64,000 bases of DNA. Source: Thermodesulfovibrionales bacterium (lineage in GTDB: Bacteria; Nitrospirota; Thermodesulfovibrionia; Thermodesulfovibrionales; UBA6898). The position numbers were made by a program, and so were the translations under genes. The notes beneath the pieces are model-generated. The model ran no database searches. It was not told where the DNA came from and saw nothing but the letters and a program-made list of their open reading frames with translations. Positions 48,942 through 58,174 of this stretch are shown in pieces. The stretch lies in assembly GCA_044450345.1 (NCBI GenBank), contig JBIOIY010000002.1:96001-160000 (forward strand). Reading direction: 5' to 3'. Positions within the stretch are counted from its first letter, which is position 1. Every line of letters starts with the position of its first letter.

Positions 48942-49670
48942 TCACCTCCTATTCCCTATTATGAATCCGTCCCTAAAAAAGCCTTTGTAAAAATTCAACG
49001 CCCGCTGATGGTAGTCGTCATAATACTGTTCGGTATCCCCGACTATACCGCCCATATCGACCGGCTCATCCTTCAGCCAGTCGTAGACCATCTCTTTCCT
49101 GACCTCGATATGGAACTGAAACGCATACGCATTGTTCCCGTACCTGAATGCCTGGTTTGGGTATAACGCCGATTTCGCAAGCCTGACAGCGCCGCTCGGC
49201 AGATCGAAGGTCTCGCCATGCCAATGAAAAACCTTGAACCTTTTCCAAAAATCCCCGGCCTTCGGGTGAACGGCCATCTTTGTCATCAGCGAATCCCTGA
49301 CGCCCTCCTCCTGGAGTTCGATGTCCAACCAGCCGACCTCTTTCTCCGGTCCGCGATAAACCCTTGCCCCGAGCGCACTGGCCATTATCTGCGCGCCGAG
49401 ACAGACGCCCAATACCTTTTTCCCCTCCCGGATAAAATCCCGCACAAGCTCGACCTCTCTCCTAATATAAGGATAAATGTCAGATTCATTGACGCTCATG
49501 GATCCTCCCATGATTACCAGTGTATCCGCCTTTTCAGTTGAAGGCAACTCCTCGGTAGCAAGATCGACTATACTGTAATCAATCCCTTCTCCCCGGAGGT
49601 GGTCTTCTATAGTACCGGGGCCCTCTGAGGATACATTTTTCAGGATAAGCACACTCACGAATCTTGACAT
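48942..49670 (-). CDS. class I glutamine amidotransferase-like protein (start may be GTG 49658)
   Basis: EGPG, IMGGSMSV, GVCLGAQ, HWHGETF, FQFHIE. Confidence 0.9.
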   Translation of the reverse strand: MSRFVSVLILKNVSSEGPGTIEDHLRGEGIDYSIVDLATEELPSTEKADTLVIMGGSMSVNESDIYPYIRREVELVRDFIREGKKVLGVCLGAQIMASALGARVYRGPEKEVGWLDIELQEEGVRDSLMTKMAVHPKAGDFWKRFKVFHWHGETFDLPSGAVRLAKSALYPNQAFRYGNNAYAFQFHIEVRKEMVYDWLKDEPVDMGGIVGDTEQYYDDYHQRALNFYKGFFRDGFIIGNRR

Positions 49671-49686
49671 AACAAGAAACTTGCCA
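49671..49686 (-). promoter_or_regulatory. putative sigma54 -24/-12 promoter
   Basis: TGGCAAGTTTCTTGTT (GG-N10-GT; -12 reads TTGT rather than TTGC) upstream of GATase-glnB-glnA. Confidence 0.5.
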
Positions 49687-49737
49687 GAAATATCATCTTG
49701 GAAATAAAAGGTTTTTCAGGGCAGTTGTCGGGCGGAT

Positions 49738-49775
49738 TGCCTAGTTCTTAATCAGTGCTGCCCAAAAAGAAGGCA
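49738..49775. promoter_or_regulatory. tandem NtrC-like enhancer sites
   Basis: 17-bp TGCCCAAAAAGAAGGCA (49759-49775) and weaker TGCCTAGTTCTTAATCA (49738-49754), 21 bp apart. Confidence 0.45.
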
Positions 49776-49780
49776 GATTC

Positions 49781-49813
49781 AAAAAAAAAGAGGTTCCGGA
49801 ATCCGGAACCTCT
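49781..49813 (-). terminator. intrinsic terminator after the 49837-50211 gene
   Basis: AGAGGTTCCGG...CCGGAACCTCT hairpin followed by a T tract on the minus strand. Confidence 0.85.
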
Positions 49814-49836
49814 CGGTCTCGATATACTATGCTCCG

Positions 49837-50211
49837 TTATTCCTTATCCCGCCGGTTCTTTTCCGGTTCATTTTCCGAAGGCCCCTCTTTTTTCTTCTGG
49901 CCAGCGAGATAGGACTCACTGGGCCTCCATCCGAAGGACGCTCTGCTCTTTGCCGAACTGAACGCCATCTGCGCCGCCTTCTGGAGAACCACCTTTATGA
50001 GCATAGCTATTCCGATGAAGGGCAGAAAAGCGGCATACAAAAGACCAATTATCGGGCCAAGAACGATGATTCCCGTGGCAGGAAGTCTAAAATATACTGT
50101 CCTTTTGCCGCCCGGAAGCACGCCCTCATCACTCACGTCAATCCTTTCGCCGTTGGCGAAATTCCAGTATGTTCCTTTTCCTACTTTGCTGCCGGCGTTG
50201 TACCTTAACAT
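49837..50211 (-). CDS. hypothetical small membrane protein
   Basis: GGAGG RBS, own terminator, central hydrophobic hairpin (IIVLGPIIGLLYAAFLPFIGIAMLI). Confidence 0.8.
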   Translation of the reverse strand: MLRYNAGSKVGKGTYWNFANGERIDVSDEGVLPGGKRTVYFRLPATGIIVLGPIIGLLYAAFLPFIGIAMLIKVVLQKAAQMAFSSAKSRASFGWRPSESYLAGQKKKEGPSENEPEKNRRDKE

Positions 50212-50386
50212 TTTCGTATCCTCCTTTATTCTTTTTCTCTCTTCTTGATTTAAGCATAATCCAATGTCCCTTCCGGCACAATGAGAAGATGTTCCTATTC
50301 GGGAGGGAATGTGTTCCTAGTGCCAAAGGTGTTTTTTGACCATCAAGACCGATAATTGTTATATAATTTATATGTGAAAAGGGACT

Positions 50387-51913
50387 GTGATGCAAAAAGA
50401 CTATAAAACAATAGAACTTACGGCATTATATGAGATAAGCAAACTTCTCGGGTCGTCTCTTAACCTAAAGTCTAACCTCAGGGGAGTCATACGCGTCTTA
50501 TCCGAATACCTCAATATGAACAGGGGGACTGTGGCCCTTCGCGATGGAAACGAGGTATCGATCGTTGCGGCCCACGGAATGAGCGAGGAGGAAATAAGAA
50601 AGGGCAGATACAAGCTCGGGGAAGGCATAATCGGCAGGGTGGCGAAACTCGGGTCTCCTATCGTCATCCCGAACATAGGCGATGAACCGCTGTTTCTCAA
50701 TAAAACAGGCGCCAGAAAGATGATTAGGCGTGAGAGCGTCTCCTTCCTCTGCGTGCCTATCAAGTTCAAGAGCGAAGTCCTCGGAGTATTGAGCGTGGAC
50801 AGGCTCTTCGAAACAAAAGGGGTATCCTTTGAGGAGGACCTACGGCTGCTAAAGATCATCGCATCTCTTATGGCGCAGTCAGTGAAGTTGCACATGGAGT
50901 TAGAGAGGGAAAGGGTGGCATTCCTAGAAGAGAAAGAAAGTCTCACTCAACAACTGAAGGGACGATATAGGGTTGAGAATATCATCGGCCAATCGGACAG
51001 CATGCAGGAGGTCTTTGAGGCCATTCATAAAGTTGCGCCCGCCAAAGCGACCGTCCTTCTCAGGGGCGAAAGCGGAACAGGCAAAGAGCTTGTGGCAAAG
51101 GCGATCCATTTTATGAGTCCCAGGGCCAAGGAGCCCTTCATCAAATTTAACTGCGCGTCGATCCCTGAAGGGCTTCTCGAATCCGAACTCTTCGGCCATG
51201 AAAAGGGGGCCTTCACGGGCGCGCTGTCCATGAGGAAAGGCCGTTTCGAACTGGCGGACAAGGGGACCATTTTCCTTGACGAAATCGGCGACTTGCCCCT
51301 GACGCTCCAACCAAAAATACTGCGGGTGCTTCAGGAAAAAGAGTTCGAGAGAGTGGGTGGAGAAAAAACAATTAAAGTAAGCGTAAGACTGATTGCAGCT
51401 ACAAGCAGGGACCTTGAAGCACATGTCTCGGCTGGGAAATTCAGGGAAGACCTTTACTACCGTCTCAACGTTGTCCCTATCTATTTACCGCCCCTGAAAC
51501 AAAGGCGGGTTGATATCCCTGTCCTTGCAGAGTACTTCCTGAAGAAATATAACGAAGAGAACAACAAATCGGCCAAAATCATACCTGAAGTTCTTGATGC
51601 CCTCGTCGAATATGAATGGCCTGGGAACGTCAGAGAGTTGGAAAATACGATTGAAAGACTGGTAGTAATGTCATCAAGAAAGGTCATCGCCCTTTCCGAC
51701 CTTCCACTCACCATACGCGATCAGCCAATAAAGGCGGCCCGCACAGTATTGATGAAAAACGCGCTCCCTGCTGCAGTTGCGGATATTGAAAAAGAGAAGA
51801 TCGCAGATGCCCTGAAAAAAACCGGCTGGGTTCAGGCAAAGGCCGCAAGACTTCTCGGCATAACTCCCAGGCAGATAGGGTATAAGATGAAGAGATACCG
51901 CATAGAAGAATAG
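50387..51913 (+). CDS. NifA-like sigma54-dependent activator (GAF-AAA+-Fis HTH)
   Basis: GAF (GEGIIGRV, SFLCVPI), GESGTGKE, ESELFGHEKGAFTGA, WPGNVREL, AKAARLLGIT. Confidence 0.92.
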   Translation: MMQKDYKTIELTALYEISKLLGSSLNLKSNLRGVIRVLSEYLNMNRGTVALRDGNEVSIVAAHGMSEEEIRKGRYKLGEGIIGRVAKLGSPIVIPNIGDEPLFLNKTGARKMIRRESVSFLCVPIKFKSEVLGVLSVDRLFETKGVSFEEDLRLLKIIASLMAQSVKLHMELERERVAFLEEKESLTQQLKGRYRVENIIGQSDSMQEVFEAIHKVAPAKATVLLRGESGTGKELVAKAIHFMSPRAKEPFIKFNCASIPEGLLESELFGHEKGAFTGALSMRKGRFELADKGTIFLDEIGDLPLTLQPKILRVLQEKEFERVGGEKTIKVSVRLIAATSRDLEAHVSAGKFREDLYYRLNVVPIYLPPLKQRRVDIPVLAEYFLKKYNEENNKSAKIIPEVLDALVEYEWPGNVRELENTIERLVVMSSRKVIALSDLPLTIRDQPIKAARTVLMKNALPAAVADIEKEKIADALKKTGWVQAKAARLLGITPRQIGYKMKRYRIEE

Positions 51914-51927
51914 AATCGACCCGGCTT

Positions 51928-51957
51928 CCGCGGCCGGATTTGCCGGCCGCGGGTTTT
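51928..51957 (+). terminator. terminator between the convergent nifA-like and degP/Q genes
   Basis: CCGCGGCCGG-ATTTG-CCGGCCGCGG then GTTTT. Confidence 0.7.
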
Positions 51958-51967
51958 GCAACAGCTA

Positions 51968-53434
51968 TTATTTGCCGGAAAGAGTTATGAAGAGTGAAGA
52001 GCCCCCCCTGTAAACGAGCAGCAGGATATTCTCATCTTTCTTGATCCCTGCGGCTGCCTCCTGATACTCCTTAACGCTGCCGACCCTTTTCCTGTTTATT
52101 TCCTGGATAATATCGCCCTGCATCAGTACGCCTGCGGCTAGACTATCTTCCTCGACATCGCTCACAATCACTCCCCTCACCCTGCCCGGGATGTTCAGTT
52201 TCTTCGCTATTTCCGGGGTAATGTCCTGCACACTTATCCCTCTCAACGCGCCTTCGTAATCACTGCTTTGGGCCTGCTGCAGGTCGGACGGGAGTTCACC
52301 GATAGTCACCTTCAAGATAAGCGTTTCATCATTTCTCAACACTTTTAGAGAGTGTTCTTCGCCGGGGACCGTATTTGCAACCATGTTGCGAAACTGGCTT
52401 GGCTCATCGGTATTCTTCCCGTCGTATTCCAAAATGATGTCACCCCTCTTAAGCCCTGCCTTTTCCGCCGGGCTGCTTTCATTCACATCGCTCACAAGAA
52501 CGCCTTTCTCTCCCTTGAGATTGAACTGTTTTGCAAGCTCAGGAGTGATGCTCTGTATCGAGACACCCAGCCAGCCTCTTACCACCCTTCCCTTCTTGAC
52601 GAGGCTGTCCTTGATCGATTTCACCATATTGCTCGGGATCGCGAATCCTATCCCCTGATATCCGCCGCTCGTACTGAAGATGGCCGTGTTGATACCGACT
52701 ACTTCGCCCCTGACGTTCACAAGTGCCCCGCCGGAATTGCCCGGATTTATCGCGGCATCGGTCTGTATGAAGTCCTCGTAATCTGCTATCCCGACATTTG
52801 CCCTTCCGACGGCAGAAACAATGCCCATGGTGACAGTCTGGTTCAGACCGAACGGGTTGCCGACGGCCAGGACTATCTCTCCCACCTCAAGTGCATCGGA
52901 ATCCCCCCAATTCAGGGGCGGAAGGCCTTTGGCCTCTATCTTTACAACCGATATCTCCGTCTTCGGATCTGACCCTATCACCTTTCCGCTGAATTCCCTT
53001 TTATCGGACAACAGGACCTTAATCTCGTCCGCGTCCTTGACAACATGGTAGTTGGTGATGATATATCCGTCGGAAGAAATGATTACCCCCGAACCCAGCG
53101 CCGCAGACTTGTGTTCCTTTGGCTGTCTATGCTGGCCGAACCTGTCCCCAAAAAAACGTCTGAAGAAGGGATCATCATAGGGATCTGAGCCGCCCGCAAT
53201 CTTTACCGTCCGCGTAGTCGAGATGTTCACGATCGCCGGCTTGACCGCAGCCGAGACCTCCGCCATTGCCCTGCCGATCTTAGTCAACGATTCTACCGAC
53301 TGCGCTGACACCTTAGGTGCTGCTCCAAAGGAATCCGCCGGAAGGCAAAGATTTCCGCACAAGGCAATACCGAGAACACACATCACAGCGACAATAAGAA
53401 AAGAATTGTAATAACCTTTGACTTTTGATTCCAT
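51968..53434 (-). CDS. DegP/DegQ (Do-family) periplasmic serine protease, two PDZ domains
   Basis: GSGVII, TNYHV, IQTDAAINPGNSGG, GWLGV PDZ. Confidence 0.95.
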   Translation of the reverse strand: MESKVKGYYNSFLIVAVMCVLGIALCGNLCLPADSFGAAPKVSAQSVESLTKIGRAMAEVSAAVKPAIVNISTTRTVKIAGGSDPYDDPFFRRFFGDRFGQHRQPKEHKSAALGSGVIISSDGYIITNYHVVKDADEIKVLLSDKREFSGKVIGSDPKTEISVVKIEAKGLPPLNWGDSDALEVGEIVLAVGNPFGLNQTVTMGIVSAVGRANVGIADYEDFIQTDAAINPGNSGGALVNVRGEVVGINTAIFSTSGGYQGIGFAIPSNMVKSIKDSLVKKGRVVRGWLGVSIQSITPELAKQFNLKGEKGVLVSDVNESSPAEKAGLKRGDIILEYDGKNTDEPSQFRNMVANTVPGEEHSLKVLRNDETLILKVTIGELPSDLQQAQSSDYEGALRGISVQDITPEIAKKLNIPGRVRGVIVSDVEEDSLAAGVLMQGDIIQEINRKRVGSVKEYQEAAAGIKKDENILLLVYRGGSSLFITLSGK

Positions 53435-53608
53435 TGCTCCTCCTGCTTTTGACTAAATTTGCTGAATTTAAGTTATTTTTTAATTATACCACTGCACAAT
53501 TTTTTCCTGGAAATATTGCCGGTCCAGCAGTACCCGTAACCGTATCTCCACTCATGAAATTATAAATATATGCTTGCACATAATTCTACTTTTAACAATT
53601 TTTTCTTA

Positions 53609-53637
53609 TTGAAAGTTGATCTTGCAAGGAGTACCAT
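53609..53637 (+). promoter_or_regulatory. sigma70-type promoter of the transporter operon
   Basis: TTGAAA-17 nt-TACCAT. Confidence 0.55.
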
Positions 53638-53763
53638 GAAAAGTGTATAAACAATAACGCTGCAAGAGGAAGGAGGTGGGGTTTCTCAGGGCATGCTTTC
53701 TTTCAGTGGCAGGATATAGTCTGACTGACTTTTAACCACTATTCCCAACAGGGAGGTTACTGT

Positions 53764-55281
53764 ATGGAAAAAAAGAGGCAGGGTATTAATGAAGATAAAC
53801 TCGCTGAAGGACAATGCAACAGTCCGGAGACGTGCGCAACCGAGAAGAGGGGTATCAGCGAGGACTGGCTGGCTGTCTGCATAGGTCTTTTTATATTTGT
53901 TCTTTCGCTCGGTGTGTTCGCTGGAATTGACCTTTTGGGTTTCGGAATAACTACAGGTATTTGGACAGACATTTCAAAAGCGCTGAAGCCTGTTGCCAAG
54001 TCGTTTGCGGATTTAGGGGGAATCGGTTCATTGCTCGCCACTTATGCATTCCTGCTGGTCGTTATGACGATAGGCGCTGCTGCTCTGAGAGCAAAAATAG
54101 GAAAATTCATCGTCAGTTTTACATTGATATTCTTCATAAGTTACATATGTTGGATCATAGGAAGCTGGGCGAATATCGCGGCCACAACCCCTCCTGATAT
54201 GCAAAAGTTCGGGATCACCTGGTCGCTGAAATTGACTCCGGAGGCGGGGTTCATTGTGGCATTGATCCTCGGCTTGATCGTCGGGAATTTTTTCCAGGGT
54301 TTTGCTGCTGCCATAAAAGAAGCGGTGCGGCCTGAACTCTATATCAAAACCGCCATAGTTATACTCGGAGGTTTTCTGGGAGTGACTGCGGCAGAAAAAC
54401 TGGGGCTGGCGACCGCTGTCATGTTTAGGGGCCTCTGCGCGATAGTTGAAGCGTACCTCATATATTGGGCCCTTGTTTATTTTATCGCGAGAAAATACTT
54501 CAAGTTCAGCAGAGAATGGGCTGCGCCTCTTGCATCGGGCATATCTATCTGCGGAGTTTCTGCCGCTATCGCAACGGGCGGAGCAATAAAGGCCAGACCC
54601 ATAGTACCCATCATGGTGTCTTCTCTTGTCGTCATCTTTGCAGTCGTTGAACTTCTGGTCCTCCCTTTCATCGCGCAGGAGTTCCTCTATAAAGAACCGA
54701 TGGTCGCAGGAGCCTGGATGGGTCTTGCCGTAAAAACAGACGGCGCTGCGGTGGCTAGCGGGGCCGTTGCAGATTCACTCATTCGGGCCAAAGCCCTTGC
54801 GGTAGATGGGGTAAATTATAAAGAAGGCTGGATAATGGGCGCTGCCACAACGGTAAAGGTCTTCATCGATGTCTTTATCGGCATCTGGGCCTTCATCCTT
54901 GCGATCATATGGTGCTCGGTGATTGAGTGCAAACCGGGCGAAAGGGTCAGACCAGGACAAATCTGGGACAGATTTCCAAAGTTTGTCATCGGGTATGTGG
55001 TCACGTTCCTTGTAATATTGTACATCGGTATTACTTACCCTGCTTTGATGGGCAAGACAAAGTCGGCGATGAGCGAGGACAATGTCTTTAGAGGCATTTT
55101 TTTCACCATGACTTTTTTTACGATCGGCGTTGTGTCCAATTTCAAGAAGCTTTGGGAAGAGGGCATAGGCAGATTGGCAGCAGTGTATCTGCTGTGCCTC
55201 TTTGGGTTTATAATTTGGATAGGGTTGTTTATTTCGTGGTTGTTTTTCCACGGAGTAAAACCGCCCCTGGTAACCGGTTAA
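53764..55281 (+). CDS. putative sulfate exporter family (YeiH/UPF0324) transporter
   Basis: SEDWLAV, YIKTAIVILG, SGISICGVSAAIA, RFPKFVIGY; many TM helices. Confidence 0.85.
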   Translation: MEKKRQGINEDKLAEGQCNSPETCATEKRGISEDWLAVCIGLFIFVLSLGVFAGIDLLGFGITTGIWTDISKALKPVAKSFADLGGIGSLLATYAFLLVVMTIGAAALRAKIGKFIVSFTLIFFISYICWIIGSWANIAATTPPDMQKFGITWSLKLTPEAGFIVALILGLIVGNFFQGFAAAIKEAVRPELYIKTAIVILGGFLGVTAAEKLGLATAVMFRGLCAIVEAYLIYWALVYFIARKYFKFSREWAAPLASGISICGVSAAIATGGAIKARPIVPIMVSSLVVIFAVVELLVLPFIAQEFLYKEPMVAGAWMGLAVKTDGAAVASGAVADSLIRAKALAVDGVNYKEGWIMGAATTVKVFIDVFIGIWAFILAIIWCSVIECKPGERVRPGQIWDRFPKFVIGYVVTFLVILYIGITYPALMGKTKSAMSEDNVFRGIFFTMTFFTIGVVSNFKKLWEEGIGRLAAVYLLCLFGFIIWIGLFISWLFFHGVKPPLVTG

Positions 55282-55302
55282 ACGATTTAATAGGGAGGTC
55301 AT

Positions 55303-55464
55303 ATGCCTGAAGAACCTAAATTGTCGGAAGAACTTAAGAAAATGGAGTACGAGGAACTTCTCCCCATTGAGAAGAAGCTTATAGGTTACAGTCTTATATT
55401 GGGGACCGCGCTTCTGGGGTTACTCGTCTGGGTAAGTTACACCTTCTTCCCCACCGGCCACTGA
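55303..55464 (+). CDS. 53-aa single-TM small protein, missed by the ORF track
   Basis: GGGAGG RBS; MPEEPKLSEELKKMEYEELLPIEKKLIGYSLILGTALLGLLVWVSYTFFPTGH; lies before the operon terminator. Confidence 0.85.
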   Translation: MPEEPKLSEELKKMEYEELLPIEKKLIGYSLILGTALLGLLVWVSYTFFPTGH

Positions 55465-55476
55465 TGTCTTTTCGCC

Positions 55477-55515
55477 AAAGACGTGCAAGGATCAGCACTC
55501 CTTGCACGTCTTTTT
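55477..55515 (+). terminator. intrinsic terminator
   Basis: AAAGACGTGCAAGGA-7 nt-TCCTTGCACGTCTTTTT. Confidence 0.88.
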
Positions 55516-55594
55516 CCTCCGCCTTTCCTTCTACCTTTTTTTCTGTTTCTTTCCCTCTCCTGCTCATCTAAGCTTTTTTTGTGTAGAATAGAGC

Positions 55595-57796
55595 ATGCTC
55601 ACGCAATTGCAGGGCCAGTTGGAACGAATCACATACCACAACGAGGAAAACCACTATACGATCGCTAAACTCAGGGTGCAGGGTCGGCGGGACCTCGTGA
55701 CCGTCGTCGGCAATATTGTGACCACATCGCCAGGTGAAGTCCTCAGACTGACGGGCAGCTGGGAGACCCACCCGAAATATGGGGAACAGTTCAAAATCCT
55801 GTCCTACGAATCCGTTGTGCCTGCCACCGTCAAGGGTATAGAACGATATCTCGGGTCAGGTCTTATTAAAGGCATCGGGCCGATAATGGCAAAGCGTCTC
55901 GTCGATAAATTCGGCGAGGAGACGCTCGTCGTCATCGAGACAAAGTCCGAAAGACTCCAGGAAGTCGAAGGCATCGCGGGCAAAAGGATCGAAATGATAA
56001 AAACGGCGTGGGACGGGCAAAAAGAGGTCAGGGAAGTGATGCTTTTTCTCCAGGGCCACGAGGTGGGCTCTTCATATGCCGCGAAGATTTACAAGCAATA
56101 CGGAAAAGACTCTATCAGAGTAGTAAGAGAGAATCCTTACAGACTGGCCCGGGATATCTTCGGAATCGGGTTCCTCACCGCGGACAAGATCGCGGAGAAA
56201 TTGGGCATCCCCAGGGACTCTTCGATGCGGGCAGAGGCCGGCATTCTCCATGTATTGGAACAGCTCTCGTCCGAAGGACACGTCTTTTACCCGTATGGGC
56301 CTTTGACTGACGAGTGTGAAAAGATCCTCGCGGTCAGCCGGGACATCATCGTTCACGCCGTCGAAAAAATCGCTGCTGAGAAGAAAATCACGATCGAAGG
56401 ACCCTTCGGAGAGGAAGGGGGAGGCGACAGGGCAGTTTATCTCACTGAATTCATGATTTCCGAGAAGGGCATCGCCGACAAACTCGGGGAGATCGCACGT
56501 AATCAAGCCAAGATACTGCGGTTTGACTGCGATGCCGAGATCGAGAAGGTGCAGAAAGAATTGGAGATAACACTCGCCTTGAACCAGACGAGGGCGGTCA
56601 GGGCGGCGCTGGAGAAAAATGCGCTCGTAATTACCGGGGGGCCAGGGACCGGAAAGACTACGATCATCAGGACGATTATCAGGGTCTACGGCAGACACGG
56701 CAGCAGTGTGGCGCTCGCGGCCCCGACAGGCAGGGCCGCCAAAAGGCTGTCGGAGGCCGCTGGACAGGACGCCAAGACCATCCATCGCCTCCTCGAATTC
56801 AGCCCGAAACTCGGCAGTTTCAAAAGAAACGAAGATTTCCATGTAGATGCGGATGTGGTCATAATCGATGAAGCATCGATGATCGACTCGTTACTCATGC
56901 ATCATCTACTTAAGGCTATATCTGGTGATGCGACGCTCATTCTCGTAGGCGACGTCGATCAGCTGCCGTCCGTAGGGGCTGGGAACGTCCTGAAAGACAT
57001 CATAGATTCCCGCCTCGTCACCACCGTCAAGCTCGACGAGATATTCAGACAATCCGATCAGAGTCTTATTGTCGTGAACGCACACAAGATAAACCATGGC
57101 GACTTTCCGGTCCTGTCTTCCCAGAAAGACGTACCGCAGGATTTTTATTTTATCGATCTGGACGATCCTGAAGAGGTCTGCAAGACGATATTGACCATGT
57201 GCCGTAACAAAATACCCGAGAAATTCGGCTTCCACCCAATAAATGAGATACAGGTGCTGTCCCCTATGCACAGGGGCATCGTCGGCGCGGCGAACCTGAA
57301 CGTTGAACTCCAGAAACATCTTAATCAATCTGCAGATGAGCTGCTAAGGGGGGGCAGACTATTCAAGACGGGGGACAAGGTCATGCAGATAAGGAACAAT
57401 TACGACAAGGACATATATAACGGCGACATAGGGAAGATCCTATCGATCGACAGGGAAGAACAGGAAATCAGCGTGGACTATGAAGGCAAATGCATATCCT
57501 ATGATTTCATGGAACTCGATGAAGTCGTGCTCGCCTATGCGGTTTCAGTCCATAAGAGTCAGGGGAGCGAATATCCGGCAGTGGTAATGCCGCTTCTTAC
57601 TCAGCATTACATGATGCTCCAGCGAAACCTCCTTTACACGGCGATCACACGCGGGAAGAAACTGGTCGTTCTTATCGGCACAAAGAAGGCGCTTGCAATC
57701 GCGATAAGGAACAATAAGCAGCAGATGCGGTATACGAGACTGAAGGAAAGGCTAAAGAATTTCGGGATCGATAAATCGCGCCTCTATGCAATTTGA
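55595..57796 (+). CDS. recD2: ATP-dependent RecD2-like DNA helicase
   Basis: HPKYGEQF, YLGSGLIKGIG, GGPGTGKTT, APTGRAA, DEASM, HKSQGSE, YTAITRG. Confidence 0.95.
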   Translation: MLTQLQGQLERITYHNEENHYTIAKLRVQGRRDLVTVVGNIVTTSPGEVLRLTGSWETHPKYGEQFKILSYESVVPATVKGIERYLGSGLIKGIGPIMAKRLVDKFGEETLVVIETKSERLQEVEGIAGKRIEMIKTAWDGQKEVREVMLFLQGHEVGSSYAAKIYKQYGKDSIRVVRENPYRLARDIFGIGFLTADKIAEKLGIPRDSSMRAEAGILHVLEQLSSEGHVFYPYGPLTDECEKILAVSRDIIVHAVEKIAAEKKITIEGPFGEEGGGDRAVYLTEFMISEKGIADKLGEIARNQAKILRFDCDAEIEKVQKELEITLALNQTRAVRAALEKNALVITGGPGTGKTTIIRTIIRVYGRHGSSVALAAPTGRAAKRLSEAAGQDAKTIHRLLEFSPKLGSFKRNEDFHVDADVVIIDEASMIDSLLMHHLLKAISGDATLILVGDVDQLPSVGAGNVLKDIIDSRLVTTVKLDEIFRQSDQSLIVVNAHKINHGDFPVLSSQKDVPQDFYFIDLDDPEEVCKTILTMCRNKIPEKFGFHPINEIQVLSPMHRGIVGAANLNVELQKHLNQSADELLRGGRLFKTGDKVMQIRNNYDKDIYNGDIGKILSIDREEQEISVDYEGKCISYDFMELDEVVLAYAVSVHKSQGSEYPAVVMPLLTQHYMMLQRNLLYTAITRGKKLVVLIGTKKALAIAIRNNKQQMRYTRLKERLKNFGIDKSRLYAI

Positions 57797-57880
57797 TGTT
57801 TGTTTGTTATCCGGTGTCGGGGCGTAATTCATTACGCCATGAATTGCTGCAGATGACAGACGCCAGGACATAGTAGCGCC

Positions 57881-58174
57881 CTACTCGAAACACTCCATAC
57901 TGCGCTGTTTGTTGATCTCTGTATGTTTTTTCTCACACCAGACATTTCCAAGCTGAGGGGTCTCTCCGGACGGCTTCAGCATCTTGGCCTTCTTGCACGA
58001 AATGCAGTGCCTGACTTTTACACCGCCTATAGGCACATGGCAGGGCATCTGCCTGTTCTTGGCCATCTGCATTTGGCGCTGTCCGCACCAGACCGTCCCC
58101 TGAGCAGGACGCTGACCTCCCGGCTTTACGTCGTAACCGAATTTGCACTTACCGCAGGCATTTTCCATCGTCAT
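57881..58174 (-). CDS. 97-aa protein with two CX2CX19CX14C repeats
   Basis: ATGA overlap with the udg stop; clear internal duplication. Confidence 0.8.
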   Translation of the reverse strand: MTMENACGKCKFGYDVKPGGQRPAQGTVWCGQRQMQMAKNRQMPCHVPIGGVKVRHCISCKKAKMLKPSGETPQLGNVWCEKKHTEINKQRSMECFE

